Assembly: GCA_963674965.2 (NCBI GenBank)
Contig: CAXXFL010000001.1
Coordinates: 1,248,001-1,312,000 of the forward strand
Direction: 5' to 3'
Length of the DNA stretch: 64,000 nt
Source: a bacterium
GTDB lineage: Bacteria; RBG-13-61-14; DATKZS01
The translations under genes were made by a program, and so were the position numbers. The notes below the pieces were generated by a model, which was given only the letters and a program-made list of their open reading frames with translations, had not been told where the DNA came from and ran no database searches. Position 1 is the stretch's first letter. Each line of letters starts with the position of its first letter. Of this stretch, positions 49,692 through 60,300 are shown piece after piece.

Positions 49692-51380
49692 TCAGTTGCC
49701 TTTGTTTTTTATTTTCGCCCAGGCGTCGCGCAGAGTGACCGAGCGGTTGAAGACCAGCCTTTCCCCCGTCGAGTCCGGGTCCACGCTGAAATATCCCTTT
49801 CTCTCGAACTGGTAAAAGTCCTCGGGTTTGGCCCCCTTCAGGCTGGGCTCGACGAAGCACTCGGGCAGGACCTCGAGGGAATCGGGATTAAGGCCGTCCA
49901 GCCAGTCCCCGCCTTCCTCCACGTCGCCGGGATACTCGTTGGTAAACAGGCGGTCGTAGAGCCTGACCTCGGCCCGCAGGGCGCGCCGGGCCGACACCCA
50001 GTGGAGGGTCGCCTTGACCTTGCGTCCATCCTGGGCGTCGCCTCCCCTGGTGGCCGGATCGTAAGAGCATTTAAGCAACGTCACCTCGCCGTCCGCGTTC
50101 TTGACAACTTCATCGCACTTGATGAAGTAGGCGTAACGGAGGCGGACCTCTTTTCCCGGGGCCAGGCGGTAAAACTTCTTGGGAGGGTCCTCCATGAAGT
50201 CCTCCCTCTCGATGTACAGCTCCCGAGAGAAGGGGACCTTGCGCGTGCCCATGGACTCGTCCTCGGGGTTGTTGACCGCCTCGAACTCCTCCTCCATATC
50301 CGCGGGATAATTGGTTATCTCGATCTTGAGAGGATCGAGAACGCCCATTACCCGAGGGGCCCGTTTATTCAGGTCCTCCCTCAGGCAGTGCTCGAGAAGG
50401 GCAACGTCAACCGTGCTGTCGGCCTTGGCCACGCCGATCCGGCGGCAAAAAGCCTTGATAGACTCGGCCGTGTAGCCCCGCCTGCGAAGGCCGGAGATGG
50501 TGGGCATGCGCGGATCGCTCCAGCCCTTGACGTGCCCCTCCTTGACCAGGGTGATGAGCTTGCGCTTGCTCAGGACCGTGTAGGTCAGGTTGAGCCGGGC
50601 GAACTCGATCTGCTGGGGATGGTGGATGCCCAGTTGATTTATATACCAGTCGTAAAGGGGCCTGTGGTCCTCGAACTCGAGAGTGCATATCGAGTGGGTG
50701 ATGCCCTCGGTCGAGTCCGACTGGCCGTGGGCCCAGTCGTACATGGGATAGATGACCCACTTGCTTTTAGTCCTCGGGTGGGGCGCCTTGAGTATCCTGT
50801 ACATGACCGGGTCCCTCAGGTTGAGGTTGGGAGAGGCCATGTCTATCTTGGCCCGGAGCACCCTGGTCCCCTCCGCGAACTCACCCGCCTTCATGCGAGC
50901 GAAAAGATCGAGGTTCTCCGCGACCGGCCGTTCGCGAAAAGGACTGTCCTTGCCCGGGCGAGTCAGGGTCCCCCGGTACTCCCGAATCTCGTCGCCCGTA
51001 AGATCGCAAACAAAGGCCTTGCCCGCCTTGATCAACTCGACCGCCCAGTCGTGCAGCCGGTCGAAATAGTCCGAGGCGTAGTAAAGGTGCTCGCCCCAGT
51101 CGAAACCGAGCCACCTTACGTCCTCCTTGATCGACTCGATGTACTCCTCTTCCTCCTTGGTGGGATTGGTGTCGTCAAAGCGGAGGTGACAACGGCCGCC
51201 GTTCTCGGCCGCGATGCTGAAGTTCAGGTTGATGCTTTTGGCGTGCCCGATGTGAAGATAGCCGTTGGGCTCGGGCGGGAACCTGGTGACTACTTTGCCA
51301 TTCCATTTATTCGTCCGTTTGTCCTCGGCGACTACCTGCCGGATGAAGTCCAAAGACGCCGCGCCTGATTCTTCGGCCAT
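49692..51380 (-). CDS. glnS: Glutamine-tRNA ligase
   Basis: [39 protein letters not shown]. Confidence 0.97.
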   Translation of the reverse strand: MAEESGAASLDFIRQVVAEDKRTNKWNGKVVTRFPPEPNGYLHIGHAKSINLNFSIAAENGGRCHLRFDDTNPTKEEEEYIESIKEDVRWLGFDWGEHLYYASDYFDRLHDWAVELIKAGKAFVCDLTGDEIREYRGTLTRPGKDSPFRERPVAENLDLFARMKAGEFAEGTRVLRAKIDMASPNLNLRDPVMYRILKAPHPRTKSKWVIYPMYDWAHGQSDSTEGITHSICTLEFEDHRPLYDWYINQLGIHHPQQIEFARLNLTYTVLSKRKLITLVKEGHVKGWSDPRMPTISGLRRRGYTAESIKAFCRRIGVAKADSTVDVALLEHCLREDLNKRAPRVMGVLDPLKIEITNYPADMEEEFEAVNNPEDESMGTRKVPFSRELYIEREDFMEDPPKKFYRLAPGKEVRLRYAYFIKCDEVVKNADGEVTLLKCSYDPATRGGDAQDGRKVKATLHWVSARRALRAEVRLYDRLFTNEYPGDVEEGGDWLDGLNPDSLEVLPECFVEPSLKGAKPEDFYQFERKGYFSVDPDSTGERLVFNRSVTLRDAWAKIKNKGN

Positions 51381-51663
51381 GGGAATTTCCTTTCCTGGAA
51401 AGAGTGTTTATTGCCAAAGGCCCCAAGGGGGACCGTTGATATATCGGCTCGATCCGCCCATTATATAACGAAAATCGAAAATTGCATCAGCGGCGTGAAA
51501 TCTTTTCGCTCAAGGCGCGAGCGGCCAATGCTCTTTCGGCCCCGAAAAAACACTTGATTTTTTCATAATCGCCGACTAATCTTTTGACCAGTATATGACC
51601 CGTTATGAAATCTCTCGTCTTGTCTTTACTCGTTGACGCGACAAAATTTCCCGGATAGAAAAA

Positions 51664-54600
51664 ATGTCGAAAAAGGACATGAGAAAAACCAAGGCCGAAC
51701 TGGTAAAGGAGTTGGAGGAACTCCGGGGGAAAGCCTCGCTTTCTTCGCCCCGTGATTTGGAAGATATCAAGTCGGACCGCAACGAGTTCCATCTAATGGC
51801 CAGGAAAATATTCGACAAATGCCGCGATCTTACGGGCGCCCGGTCCGGTTACGTGGCCTTGCTCAACGAGAGGGGAGACGAGAACGAGGTCATTTTCCTC
51901 GAGGCTGGCGGACTGCCGTGCAGCGTCTCGCCCGACCTGCCCATGCCTATCAGGGGCCTCAGGGCCCAAGCCTACGATCAAGGAAAGGTCGCCCTCGATA
52001 ACGACTTCATGAACGGCGAATGGGCCAAGCTCATGCCCGAGGGTCACGTTGACCTGGACAACGTTCTTTTCGCTCCCCTTAACGTACGCGGCCAAACCAG
52101 GGGCCTTATTGGCCTGGCCAACAAACCGGGCGGGTTCTCCGAACTTGACGCCAGGATTGCCGCCGCCATGGGCGATATTTGCGCCTCCGAGCTGGAAAAG
52201 CACGTCATTCGGGACGAGCTGGCCAGGAGCGAGGCGCTGTTCCGAGAAATGTTCCACGGCCACAGTTCGGTGAAACTGCTCATCGATCCGGAAACGGGCG
52301 AGTTAGTGGCGGCCAATGAGGCCGCCTGCAAATTCTACGGGTACGATGAGGACGTCTTCAAGTCCATGAATATTACACAGATCAACGTCCTACCCGCCCG
52401 GGAAGTATTCGAGAGGATGTCCGCCGCCATCAGCGGGGACGAGTCGAGGTTTTTCTTCCAGCATCGGCTGGCCTCGGGAGAGGTTCGCCACGTTGACGTC
52501 CATTCCTCACCCGTCAAGGCGCTGGGCAAAAAGCTTCTTTACTCGGTAGTTCACGACGTTACCGAAAAGAAGGAGGCGGAACGGGGAATTCGGGACCGCG
52601 AGGAAACTCTTCGCGCTCTGGTTGACGCCTCCCTCGATAAAATAATGCTCATGGACCTGGATGGAACGGCGCTGGCGGTTAACGACGCCTTTGCCAAAGG
52701 TTTCGGACTGGCCGTCAAGGACGTCCTCGGACGAAACGCCTTTGAACTTCTTCCGCCCGAGAACAGAGCGGGGCGAGAGGAAAAAGTCGCGGAGGTTATC
52801 AGGTCGGGCCGGCCGGTTCGTTTCGTGGATAAAAGAGGGGCCGCGGTCCTGGAAAATCACATTAACCCCGTGTTCGACGGGGAAGGCAACGTCGCTCGGC
52901 TGGCCGTTTACGGCCGGGATATTACCGAGCGGCTGGAGGCCGAACAGAAGCTGCGGGAAAGCGAGGCCAAATACCGGCTCATGGCCGATAACGTTTCCGA
53001 CCTGATCTGGGCCATGGACCTCGAGTTGAACCATACTTATATCAGTCCCTCCATCGAGAAGATGTCTGGCTTCACCGCCGAGGAAATCCTGCAAATGAAG
53101 CCCGCGGACTTTATGACCCCCGAGTCTCTGGAGAAGGTCGGTCATCTTTTCCTCCGGGAATTCGCCAAAGTCAAGGAGGACCCCGAGTCGGCCTCCGAGC
53201 CCACGACTTTCGAGCTTGTATATTATAAAAAGGACGGAAATCTTCTTCCCGTCGAGGTAAGCGCGCGTTTCCTGGTTGACGAAAAAGGGAATCCCACCGG
53301 GATTTTGGGGATCACGCGAGACATTTCCGAAAGGAAAAGGGCGGAGGAAAAAGTCCTCGAGAGCGAAAGAGAGCTTCAACTGACCCTCGACGCCACCACC
53401 GACGGCATATGGAAATGGAACTTTTTAACCCACGAGATGTTCTTCAGCAACAAGTACTATGCCATGCTCGGTTACGAGCCGGGAGAGTTCGAGCCCTCCT
53501 ACGAGAACTGGGCCGACCTGATACATCCCGACGACCTCGAGACGACCCTGGCCGTGGCCCGGGAATACCTCGAGACCAAGCCCGACTTTTACCGGAACGA
53601 GTTCAGGCTGAGGACCAAAAGCGGCGATTACCGATGGATCAGCGCCGAGGCCCGGGTGGTGGAAAGGGATGAGTCCGGAGGGGCCGTGAGGATGATCGGC
53701 CATCACCGGGACGTGACCGAGAGAAAACAAAATGAGCGGGCCCTCGAGTTGGCGGCCCGGGAATGGAGCCGGACCTTCGACGCCATTCCCGACTCGGTCA
53801 TGATCATCGACAACTCGTTCAATATTATCCGGGCCAACCGGGCGGCGGTAAGGCTGGCGGGTAACTCGCCGGACGACGTTTTGGGGAGGAAATGTTTCGC
53901 GGTCCTTCACGGAAGCGACGCTCCCCCATCCTTTTGTCCCCACGTCCGGGCGATCAAGGACGGCAAGTCCCACAGCGAGGAAGTATACGAGCCCAAGCTG
54001 GAAGGGCACTTTATCGTCAGCGCTTCCCCCATATTCGACGCCTCGGGCAAGCTGGACCGCGTGGTCCACGTCATGAGGGACGTCACCGAAAGGAAAAACC
54101 AGGAAAACAGGATCAGAGATCAGCACCAGTTCATGGAAAAAGTCTTCGACGCGGCCTCGGAGGGTATCTTCGTTCTCGATCAGGACGCCAGGTACGCGCT
54201 TATAAATCGGTCGTGGGAACAAATTTTCGGGTTCGCGAGAGGGGAATATATCGGGAAAAAAGCGGGAACAACCATTGGCGAGGAATACCGGGACGTGGTG
54301 GCCGAGGCCTTCGATAAAGCCTATAAGGGACAAAGAGAACGCTGCGAGTTCGTATTCAAGGGGAAAGGGGGTAAGGAAAAGATAATCGACCTTGGCCTGA
54401 GCCCGCTTATTTGGCATGAAGAGATGCACGTACTGGGCATGGCCCAGGATATAACCCAGAAGAAAAAAGCGGAACGGGAGCTGAAAAGAAGCCAGGCCGA
54501 GCTGTCCGCCATTCTTCATAACGCGCCGGTCCTGGTAATGCTCGTGGACCGGGAGCGGCGAGTGCTGAAAATCAACGGATACGCGAGCGACCAATCCGGA

Positions 54601-56703
54601 AATCCGCCGGAGAAGCTTATCGGCCTGCGGGGAGGCGAGGCCCTGAGATGCGTCCACCATCTTGACGACCCCGGGGGATGCGGCTATGGGGAGGCCTGTC
54701 GGGAATGCCGCGTAAGACGAGCGGTCATGGATACCTTCGAGACCGGCGAGGGCCGGGAGCGTATCGAGTGCAATTTTTCCTTTATCAAGGAGGGGGACCG
54801 CGAGTCCAGCGAGAAAACTCTCCTGGTTTCGACCGCCCTTCTCGAGGTGGGCGAGACGGAGGCCGCGCTGGTCTGTATCGAGGACGTGACCGATTTGAAG
54901 GAGGTGGAAAAAGCCCTCAGGACCCGGCTCGAGTACGAGCAGGCCCTGGGCGAATGCTCGAAGCTCCTTCTTTCCGAGACGGCGGATGAGGACCCCATCG
55001 AGGACGTCCTTTCAAATCTTCTTCAGACCACCGAGGTCGACCGCGTCTACCGCTTCGAAAACTTCGAGGACCCGGAAAAGGGAACTTGCATGAGGCAGAC
55101 CATCGAGGTCCTCGCGCCCGGCGTCGAGCCGGCCATGGGCCGAGCGCCCATGGAGGGGCTTCCCTATAAAGAAGGCTTCTCGCTATGGCGAAGAGAGCTC
55201 TCCCAGGGCATGCCCATCATGGGCCCGGTTTCCTCCTTCCCTCTCGAGGAAAGGCGAGCGCTCGAGCCAAGGGGAATACTTTCCATCCTCGTTCTGCCCA
55301 TCCAGATAAACGGGGAATGGGAAGGTTTTGTGGGCTTCGACGACGTCACCCGCGGGCGCGGCTGGAGCGAGGAGGACGTGAGATTGATGGAGACGGCCGT
55401 CGAGATGATCCAGTCCCATGAGGAAAGAAAGCGGGCGCGCCTGGGCCTTATCGAGTCCGAAAACCTGTTCCGGCGCCTTTTCGATAACGTGACGAGCGGA
55501 ATAATCATGACGGGCCCGGACGGTAAAATCCTGATGATAAATTCCCACGCCCTCTCCCTTTTGGGCCTCGATGAAGGCATAATCGGCAAGGACCCCGCCG
55601 AGACGGTCCCCGCCGCCGCGCCGCTTTTTTCGCGCCTCCACCTTGGACACCAGAACCGGGCGGAGGTGACCCTGGCCTCGGGCGACGAGCTTCTCCTGGG
55701 CTACACCAGCGTCGAGGTGGACCTGCCGGAGGGAAAGGGACTGATCACCCTCTTCAGGGACATCGGCCGTCTCATGCAGGCCGAGGACAGAAGAAGGCGC
55801 GCCGAGCAGCTCGCCCAGGTGGGAGAGCTGGCCGCCAGGCTGAGCCACGAGATCAAGAACCCCCTGGCCTCGATCATGGCGGGCCTGCAGCTTCTTGACG
55901 GCAACCTGTACCTCCGGTCGGATGACAACCTCGTGCTTCAGACCATTATCGAGGAGGTAAAAAACGTCAGCCACCTGGTGAGCGGCATCCTGGACGCGGC
56001 CCGCTTCGAGGTGGTAAATCCCGAGACGGTGGACCTCGCCACGCTGCTTAGAGACGCGGGGGATTTGTTCTTCAGCCTTTCCAGGAAAAAGGGCATAGAC
56101 GTCCGGGTCGAGGCCGAGACCTCGGGCTTGTCCGTTTTTCTTGACAGGAGGTCCTTTGGCAGGGCCATCGCAAACCTTGTCAACAACTCGATCGAGGCCA
56201 TTTTCACAAATGGAAGAATCGACGTCGTTTCCCGGCTCCTGAGTCCGGCTGAGAAGGGTCTCCTTTTTCCAGGCTTCCAGGGGGAAGTGGCCGAGATACG
56301 GGTGGCGGACGACGGGCCGGGCATTCCGGAGCATGAGTTGGAGAAGGTGTTCAGCCCCTTTTACACGACCAAGGAATCGGGCACGGGCCTGGGCCTGGCC
56401 GTGGCCCGCGACGTGGTCGAGTTCCACGGCGGGGTCATGCGAGCGGGCAACGCCGAGGGCGGAGGCGCCGTTTTCCAGATATATCTGCCGGCCGGCGAGC
56501 GCGCCGTATGCAGCGATATGGGAATATGCTCGGCCGAGGATTGCGACGCCTGTCCGACCAAAAAGTGCGGCATGACCCTGCTTTGCTGGTCCAATAAGGT
56601 CGAGGAGGCAAGGCTCGAGGGGTTCCGCTACCCGGAAAAATGTCCGGACTGCGCGGTGTTCAGGCAGGGAAACCTGTCGCATTTCTATAAACCGAGGGAC
56701 TGA
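51664..56703 (+). CDS. Cytoplasmic multi-sensor histidine kinase (GAF, many PAS, GAF, PAS, HisKA, HATPase, Cys-rich tail)
   Basis: Many (R)D(I/V)TERK PAS ends; H-box LSHEIKNPL; N-box, DDGPGI, FSPFYTTK, GTGLGL; no TM seen; ATG 51679 may be the true start. Confidence 0.92.
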   Translation: MSKKDMRKTKAELVKELEELRGKASLSSPRDLEDIKSDRNEFHLMARKIFDKCRDLTGARSGYVALLNERGDENEVIFLEAGGLPCSVSPDLPMPIRGLRAQAYDQGKVALDNDFMNGEWAKLMPEGHVDLDNVLFAPLNVRGQTRGLIGLANKPGGFSELDARIAAAMGDICASELEKHVIRDELARSEALFREMFHGHSSVKLLIDPETGELVAANEAACKFYGYDEDVFKSMNITQINVLPAREVFERMSAAISGDESRFFFQHRLASGEVRHVDVHSSPVKALGKKLLYSVVHDVTEKKEAERGIRDREETLRALVDASLDKIMLMDLDGTALAVNDAFAKGFGLAVKDVLGRNAFELLPPENRAGREEKVAEVIRSGRPVRFVDKRGAAVLENHINPVFDGEGNVARLAVYGRDITERLEAEQKLRESEAKYRLMADNVSDLIWAMDLELNHTYISPSIEKMSGFTAEEILQMKPADFMTPESLEKVGHLFLREFAKVKEDPESASEPTTFELVYYKKDGNLLPVEVSARFLVDEKGNPTGILGITRDISERKRAEEKVLESERELQLTLDATTDGIWKWNFLTHEMFFSNKYYAMLGYEPGEFEPSYENWADLIHPDDLETTLAVAREYLETKPDFYRNEFRLRTKSGDYRWISAEARVVERDESGGAVRMIGHHRDVTERKQNERALELAAREWSRTFDAIPDSVMIIDNSFNIIRANRAAVRLAGNSPDDVLGRKCFAVLHGSDAPPSFCPHVRAIKDGKSHSEEVYEPKLEGHFIVSASPIFDASGKLDRVVHVMRDVTERKNQENRIRDQHQFMEKVFDAASEGIFVLDQDARYALINRSWEQIFGFARGEYIGKKAGTTIGEEYRDVVAEAFDKAYKGQRERCEFVFKGKGGKEKIIDLGLSPLIWHEEMHVLGMAQDITQKKKAERELKRSQAELSAILHNAPVLVMLVDRERRVLKINGYASDQSGNPPEKLIGLRGGEALRCVHHLDDPGGCGYGEACRECRVRRAVMDTFETGEGRERIECNFSFIKEGDRESSEKTLLVSTALLEVGETEAALVCIEDVTDLKEVEKALRTRLEYEQALGECSKLLLSETADEDPIEDVLSNLLQTTEVDRVYRFENFEDPEKGTCMRQTIEVLAPGVEPAMGRAPMEGLPYKEGFSLWRRELSQGMPIMGPVSSFPLEERRALEPRGILSILVLPIQINGEWEGFVGFDDVTRGRGWSEEDVRLMETAVEMIQSHEERKRARLGLIESENLFRRLFDNVTSGIIMTGPDGKILMINSHALSLLGLDEGIIGKDPAETVPAAAPLFSRLHLGHQNRAEVTLASGDELLLGYTSVEVDLPEGKGLITLFRDIGRLMQAEDRRRRAEQLAQVGELAARLSHEIKNPLASIMAGLQLLDGNLYLRSDDNLVLQTIIEEVKNVSHLVSGILDAARFEVVNPETVDLATLLRDAGDLFFSLSRKKGIDVRVEAETSGLSVFLDRRSFGRAIANLVNNSIEAIFTNGRIDVVSRLLSPAEKGLLFPGFQGEVAEIRVADDGPGIPEHELEKVFSPFYTTKESGTGLGLAVARDVVEFHGGVMRAGNAEGGGAVFQIYLPAGERAVCSDMGICSAEDCDACPTKKCGMTLLCWSNKVEEARLEGFRYPEKCPDCAVFRQGNLSHFYKPRD

Positions 56704-58095
56704 ATGCAGGCAACCGTTTTAATCGTGGACGACAACGCCGAACTGGCGGGCTTTCTCGAAAGACTGCTCGCCGCCGAGGGCTTCGACGCGTCCTCCTCCA
56801 ACGACGCGGCGCAGGCCAGGAAAGACATGGCCCGCCTGTACCCCGACGCCGTCCTAATGGACATCAAGCTTCCCGACGCCAATGGCGTAGAACTTTTAAG
56901 CGAGATGAAAAAACTCTACCCCGAGACCCAGTTCATCATGATGACCGCCTTCGCCAGCGTGAAGACGGCCATTAAAAGCATCAAAATCGGGGCCTACGAT
57001 TACCTCTCCAAGCCGTTCGACTCGGGCGAAATGATATACCTTCTAAACAACGCGCTCCAGGAAAAGGCCATGAGGGAAGAGCTGGCCCTGCTTCGTTCCG
57101 AGCGCGCGGCGCCCTCATCCAAGTCCGGCGTCCTCGAGTATCCGAGCTCGGTCATGAAAACCACCATGGCCATGTGCGAAAAAATCGCGCCCGGCAAGGG
57201 CAACGTGCTGCTTACGGGCGAGAGCGGGGTGGGCAAAAATTACCTGGCGGGCGTCATCCATACCCTCTCGAGCCGGGTGAAAGGGCCCTTCTTCGATATT
57301 AACTGCGCATCTCTCGCGCCCTCCCTCATCGAGTCGGAGCTCTTCGGCCACGAGCCCGGGGCCTTTACCGGCGCCAGGGGAAGGAGAAGGGGACTGATCG
57401 AGCTGGCCCATAACGGGACCCTTTTTCTCGACGAGATTGGCGACATGCCAGTCGAGCTGCAGGCCAAGCTGCTTTCCTTCCTTGACACGCACAAGCTTCG
57501 AAGGCTGGGAGGCGAGAAAGTCGTCGAGGTCGACGTAAGGATTATCGCCGCCACCAACCGGGACCTTAAAAAACTCATCGGCGAGGGACGCTTCCGGGAG
57601 GACCTTTTTTATCGTCTGAACGTCGTGTCCATTGAAATCCCGCCGCTGCGCGCCCGCAAGGAGGACATACCCCTTCTCGTGGAGGAGATATGCCGGAGGA
57701 TCGCCTATGACATGGGACTTTCCCGGACCCCCCGGCCTTCACGCTCGGTCCTTAATAAACTGAAAGCCCACTCCTGGCCGGGAAACGTAAGGGAACTGAG
57801 AAACGCCCTGGAGCGGGCCATCATGCTCGCTCCCGACAAGACCGAGATTGCCGACCTCAGGCTGGAAGAAGGTCCCGGCGGCCACGCGACCGGCCCGGCC
57901 GGGGGCGACGCGATCTACGAGGTACGCCTTCCTCCAGAGGGAGTGGACCTCAAAGCCGTTAACAGGGACGTGTCACGGGCCCTGATCGAGGAAGCCCTGC
58001 GCCGCGCCGAGACCAAAAAGGAAGCGGCCGACCTGTTGGGCGTGACCAAGGACTCCCTGGCCCATTCGATCAAGACGCTGAAGATCAAGGCGTGA
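56704..58095 (+). CDS. Sigma-54-dependent NtrC-family response regulator (REC-AAA+-HTH)
   Basis: VDD, MDIKLPD, KP; GESGVGK, ESELFGHEPGAFTGA, LFLDEIG, WPGNVREL, AADLLG. Confidence 0.95.
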   Translation: MQATVLIVDDNAELAGFLERLLAAEGFDASSSNDAAQARKDMARLYPDAVLMDIKLPDANGVELLSEMKKLYPETQFIMMTAFASVKTAIKSIKIGAYDYLSKPFDSGEMIYLLNNALQEKAMREELALLRSERAAPSSKSGVLEYPSSVMKTTMAMCEKIAPGKGNVLLTGESGVGKNYLAGVIHTLSSRVKGPFFDINCASLAPSLIESELFGHEPGAFTGARGRRRGLIELAHNGTLFLDEIGDMPVELQAKLLSFLDTHKLRRLGGEKVVEVDVRIIAATNRDLKKLIGEGRFREDLFYRLNVVSIEIPPLRARKEDIPLLVEEICRRIAYDMGLSRTPRPSRSVLNKLKAHSWPGNVRELRNALERAIMLAPDKTEIADLRLEEGPGGHATGPAGGDAIYEVRLPPEGVDLKAVNRDVSRALIEEALRRAETKKEAADLLGVTKDSLAHSIKTLKIKA

Positions 58096-58217
58096 TTCTT
58101 ACCGCAAAGCGTGATTTTCACGCGCCGCCATTTTCTCTTTGCATAACCTTCAAATCCCCAATGATATTTGGAATTATCCTCGGGTCTGGATAGGCCGAGC
58201 GCGTGAAAAGCACGCGC
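58090..58217. promoter_or_regulatory. Candidate enhancer (UAS) palindromes GCGTG-N5-CACGC
   Basis: GCGTGATTTTCACGC 58109-23, GCGTGAAAAGCACGC 58201-15, degenerate copy 58090-105. Confidence 0.6.
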
Positions 58218-58314
58218 CGGCGAACCCTTGCCTCCATGGCCGGCGATTAAACGATTACCAATTTTTCCTTTATATTGCGGCGGTTATAAAAAGCTCGATG
58301 GTCCTTGCCCTTTA

Positions 58315-58330
58315 TGGCACGCCGCGTGCT
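58315..58330 (+). promoter_or_regulatory. Sigma-54 (-24/-12) promoter
   Basis: TGGCACGCCGCGTGCT has exact GG-N10-GC spacing and a TGGCACG -24 box; ends 37 bp before ATG 58368. Confidence 0.75.
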
Positions 58331-58367
58331 TATTAGGTGAATAATCGCTTCCGGCAAAGGCAAGGAC

Positions 58368-59048
58368 ATGATTATTCTAATCGTTGAAGACAATTTAAAC
58401 CTGGCGACGTTTACCTCGCGCAACATCATGAAGGAGAAGCCTTCATGGAAGGTCCTGGTCACGGGCTCGTGCTTCGAGGCCCGGAACGTCACGGACCATA
58501 TCACGCCGGATATAGCCCTGATAGACCTTAGCCTGCCGGACGGAAACGGTCTCGATCTTTTGTTCGAGCTTAGGATCAAGTGCCAGAACATGCCCGCCAT
58601 ACTTACCAGCGCCTCGGTCTCGAAGAAATTAACCGACGAGGTAAACAGCCTGGGCGGATACATGGTGTTGGAAAAGCCCTTCGACTTCCGGGACCTGGTG
58701 GCCGTGCTCGAGGACGCCGGAGGGAGGACCGGCCAAAGGAGCGTGGACGCGGAGGACCTGGAATCGCGGCGGCGGGAGGAAAAAGCCGACGGGGACTTGA
58801 GCCCGTATTCGCCCTGGACCTATTCCCCCAAAAGCGGGCTTAACTATCACCAGATGCTGAACCGCCTTTCGGGCCTGCTCGCCGGTATCCGGGCCTTCGA
58901 GGCCGAAGTCTGCGCCGCGGCGGGAGACGAGCGGGCCGTCCGCGAGGCGGCGGGCGAATACGTGGACAGGCTCTGCCGGATCGTCGGCGACATGACCCGG
59001 ATGGTCAATAGCGCCCGGGCGGCCGAGCCGGGAAAGGGCCGGCAATGA
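58368..59048 (+). CDS. Receiver-domain protein with C-terminal HisKA/DHp-like helices
   Basis: LIVED, LIDLSLPDGNG, TS, EKPF; tail YHQMLNRLSGLLAG...VDRLCRIV. Confidence 0.8.
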   Translation: MIILIVEDNLNLATFTSRNIMKEKPSWKVLVTGSCFEARNVTDHITPDIALIDLSLPDGNGLDLLFELRIKCQNMPAILTSASVSKKLTDEVNSLGGYMVLEKPFDFRDLVAVLEDAGGRTGQRSVDAEDLESRRREEKADGDLSPYSPWTYSPKSGLNYHQMLNRLSGLLAGIRAFEAEVCAAAGDERAVREAAGEYVDRLCRIVGDMTRMVNSARAAEPGKGRQ

Positions 59049-59791
59049 GCAAGGAGCTGGAAATACTGTTCGTTGACGACGACCCCGACGTGAGCTGGTC
59101 CTTGTGCCGGCTGCTCACGCGCTCCGGCTTCTCGGTCATAACCTGCGGGGACGGGGCCGAGGCCATACCCATCCTGGAGGAAAAAAACTTCGACGTGCTT
59201 ATTACCGACGTCCAGATGCCCCAGGTAAACGGGCTGGCCCTCCTCGAGTGGGTCAGGCAAAATCGGCCCGCCACCAAGGTAGTGGTGATCACGGCCTATG
59301 GCTCGCCCACGGTGAAGCACCTGAGCATGCGGAAGGGGGCCCTTCTTTACCTCGAGAAGCCTCTCGATCCCGATCTTTTGATCGAGGTCCTTCGCGAGTC
59401 GGAGAAGGAGGAGACCTTTTACGGGAACGTGCATCGGATCGATCTTTTCGATTACGTTCAGCTTTTAATCCTTACCCGCAGCAAGGCGGTTCTGGAAATC
59501 CATTCCCGAAACGGGAGGATGGGATTGCTTTTTTTTCATGGAGGCGAGGCCGTGCACGCCGAAACGGAGGCCCTGCGGGGCGAAGAGGCCTTCAACAAGC
59601 TCCTGGCCCTCGAGGGAGGAAGCTTTAACACGCTGCCCTGGCGCGAGCCCCTGGAGCGGACCATCCAGCGTGGAGGCGAGTCCCTTCTCATGGAGGCGGC
59701 CAGGATCAAGGACGAGTCCTCCCAGGAGGAGGCGCGGGGCGAGGAAAACGCGTGGGCGGAAGCGGGACTGGAGGAATGGGGAGAGGAATAA
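59045..59791 (+). CDS. Response regulator, REC plus DUF4388-like domain
   Basis: FVDDD, ITDVQMP, TAYG, EKP; then G....IDLFDYVQL...G.LFF.GG..VHA...GEEAF...SLLMEAAR..DE. Confidence 0.85.
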   Translation: MSKELEILFVDDDPDVSWSLCRLLTRSGFSVITCGDGAEAIPILEEKNFDVLITDVQMPQVNGLALLEWVRQNRPATKVVVITAYGSPTVKHLSMRKGALLYLEKPLDPDLLIEVLRESEKEETFYGNVHRIDLFDYVQLLILTRSKAVLEIHSRNGRMGLLFFHGGEAVHAETEALRGEEAFNKLLALEGGSFNTLPWREPLERTIQRGGESLLMEAARIKDESSQEEARGEENAWAEAGLEEWGEE

Positions 59792-59809
59792 ATCCCCCGG
59801 GGAGGAAAG

Positions 59810-60289
59810 GTGAAAGGAATGGAAATAAACAAGGGCAAAGACGACGTGAAACAAATACTGGCTTCGCTTATCGATGCGTCCGGCGCCATGACCGCCCTTC
59901 TGGTGACCAAGCAGGGAAGCATCGTCTCGGACGCGGGCGATAAAAGCTACCTTAACATCACGGCCATGGCCGCCTTAATCGCGGGAATGTTCTCCGCCAC
60001 CAGGGAGGTGGCCAGGCTGGTGGGCGAAACCGAGTTTTCCATCCTTCTTCAGCAGGGCAAGAAAAGACATATACATATCTCGCTGATCACCGACGAGATC
60101 ATGATGGTGATAGTTTTCGAGGACTACAACCGAATCGGCCAGGTCAGGCACGAGGCCAGGAAAGCGAGCGAGCGCCTTGGCGCCTCGCTCGCTCCTGGCC
60201 GGGCCGAGCTCATGTCGGCCAAGGACATTTCCATGCCCGAGTTCAAGGAGTACGCCCTTAACCTGATCGACCGCATTTTTCAGGGGTAA
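59810..60289 (+). CDS. mglB: MglB-type roadblock/LC7 protein (MglA GAP homologue)
   Basis: ALLV..G, AALIAG.FSAT...ARLVGE.EFS.L.QG, G.VR, C-terminal ..IDRIF helix; directly before mglA. Confidence 0.85.
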   Translation: MKGMEINKGKDDVKQILASLIDASGAMTALLVTKQGSIVSDAGDKSYLNITAMAALIAGMFSATREVARLVGETEFSILLQQGKKRHIHISLITDEIMMVIVFEDYNRIGQVRHEARKASERLGASLAPGRAELMSAKDISMPEFKEYALNLIDRIFQG

Positions 60290-60300
60290 AGGCCGGCAAG

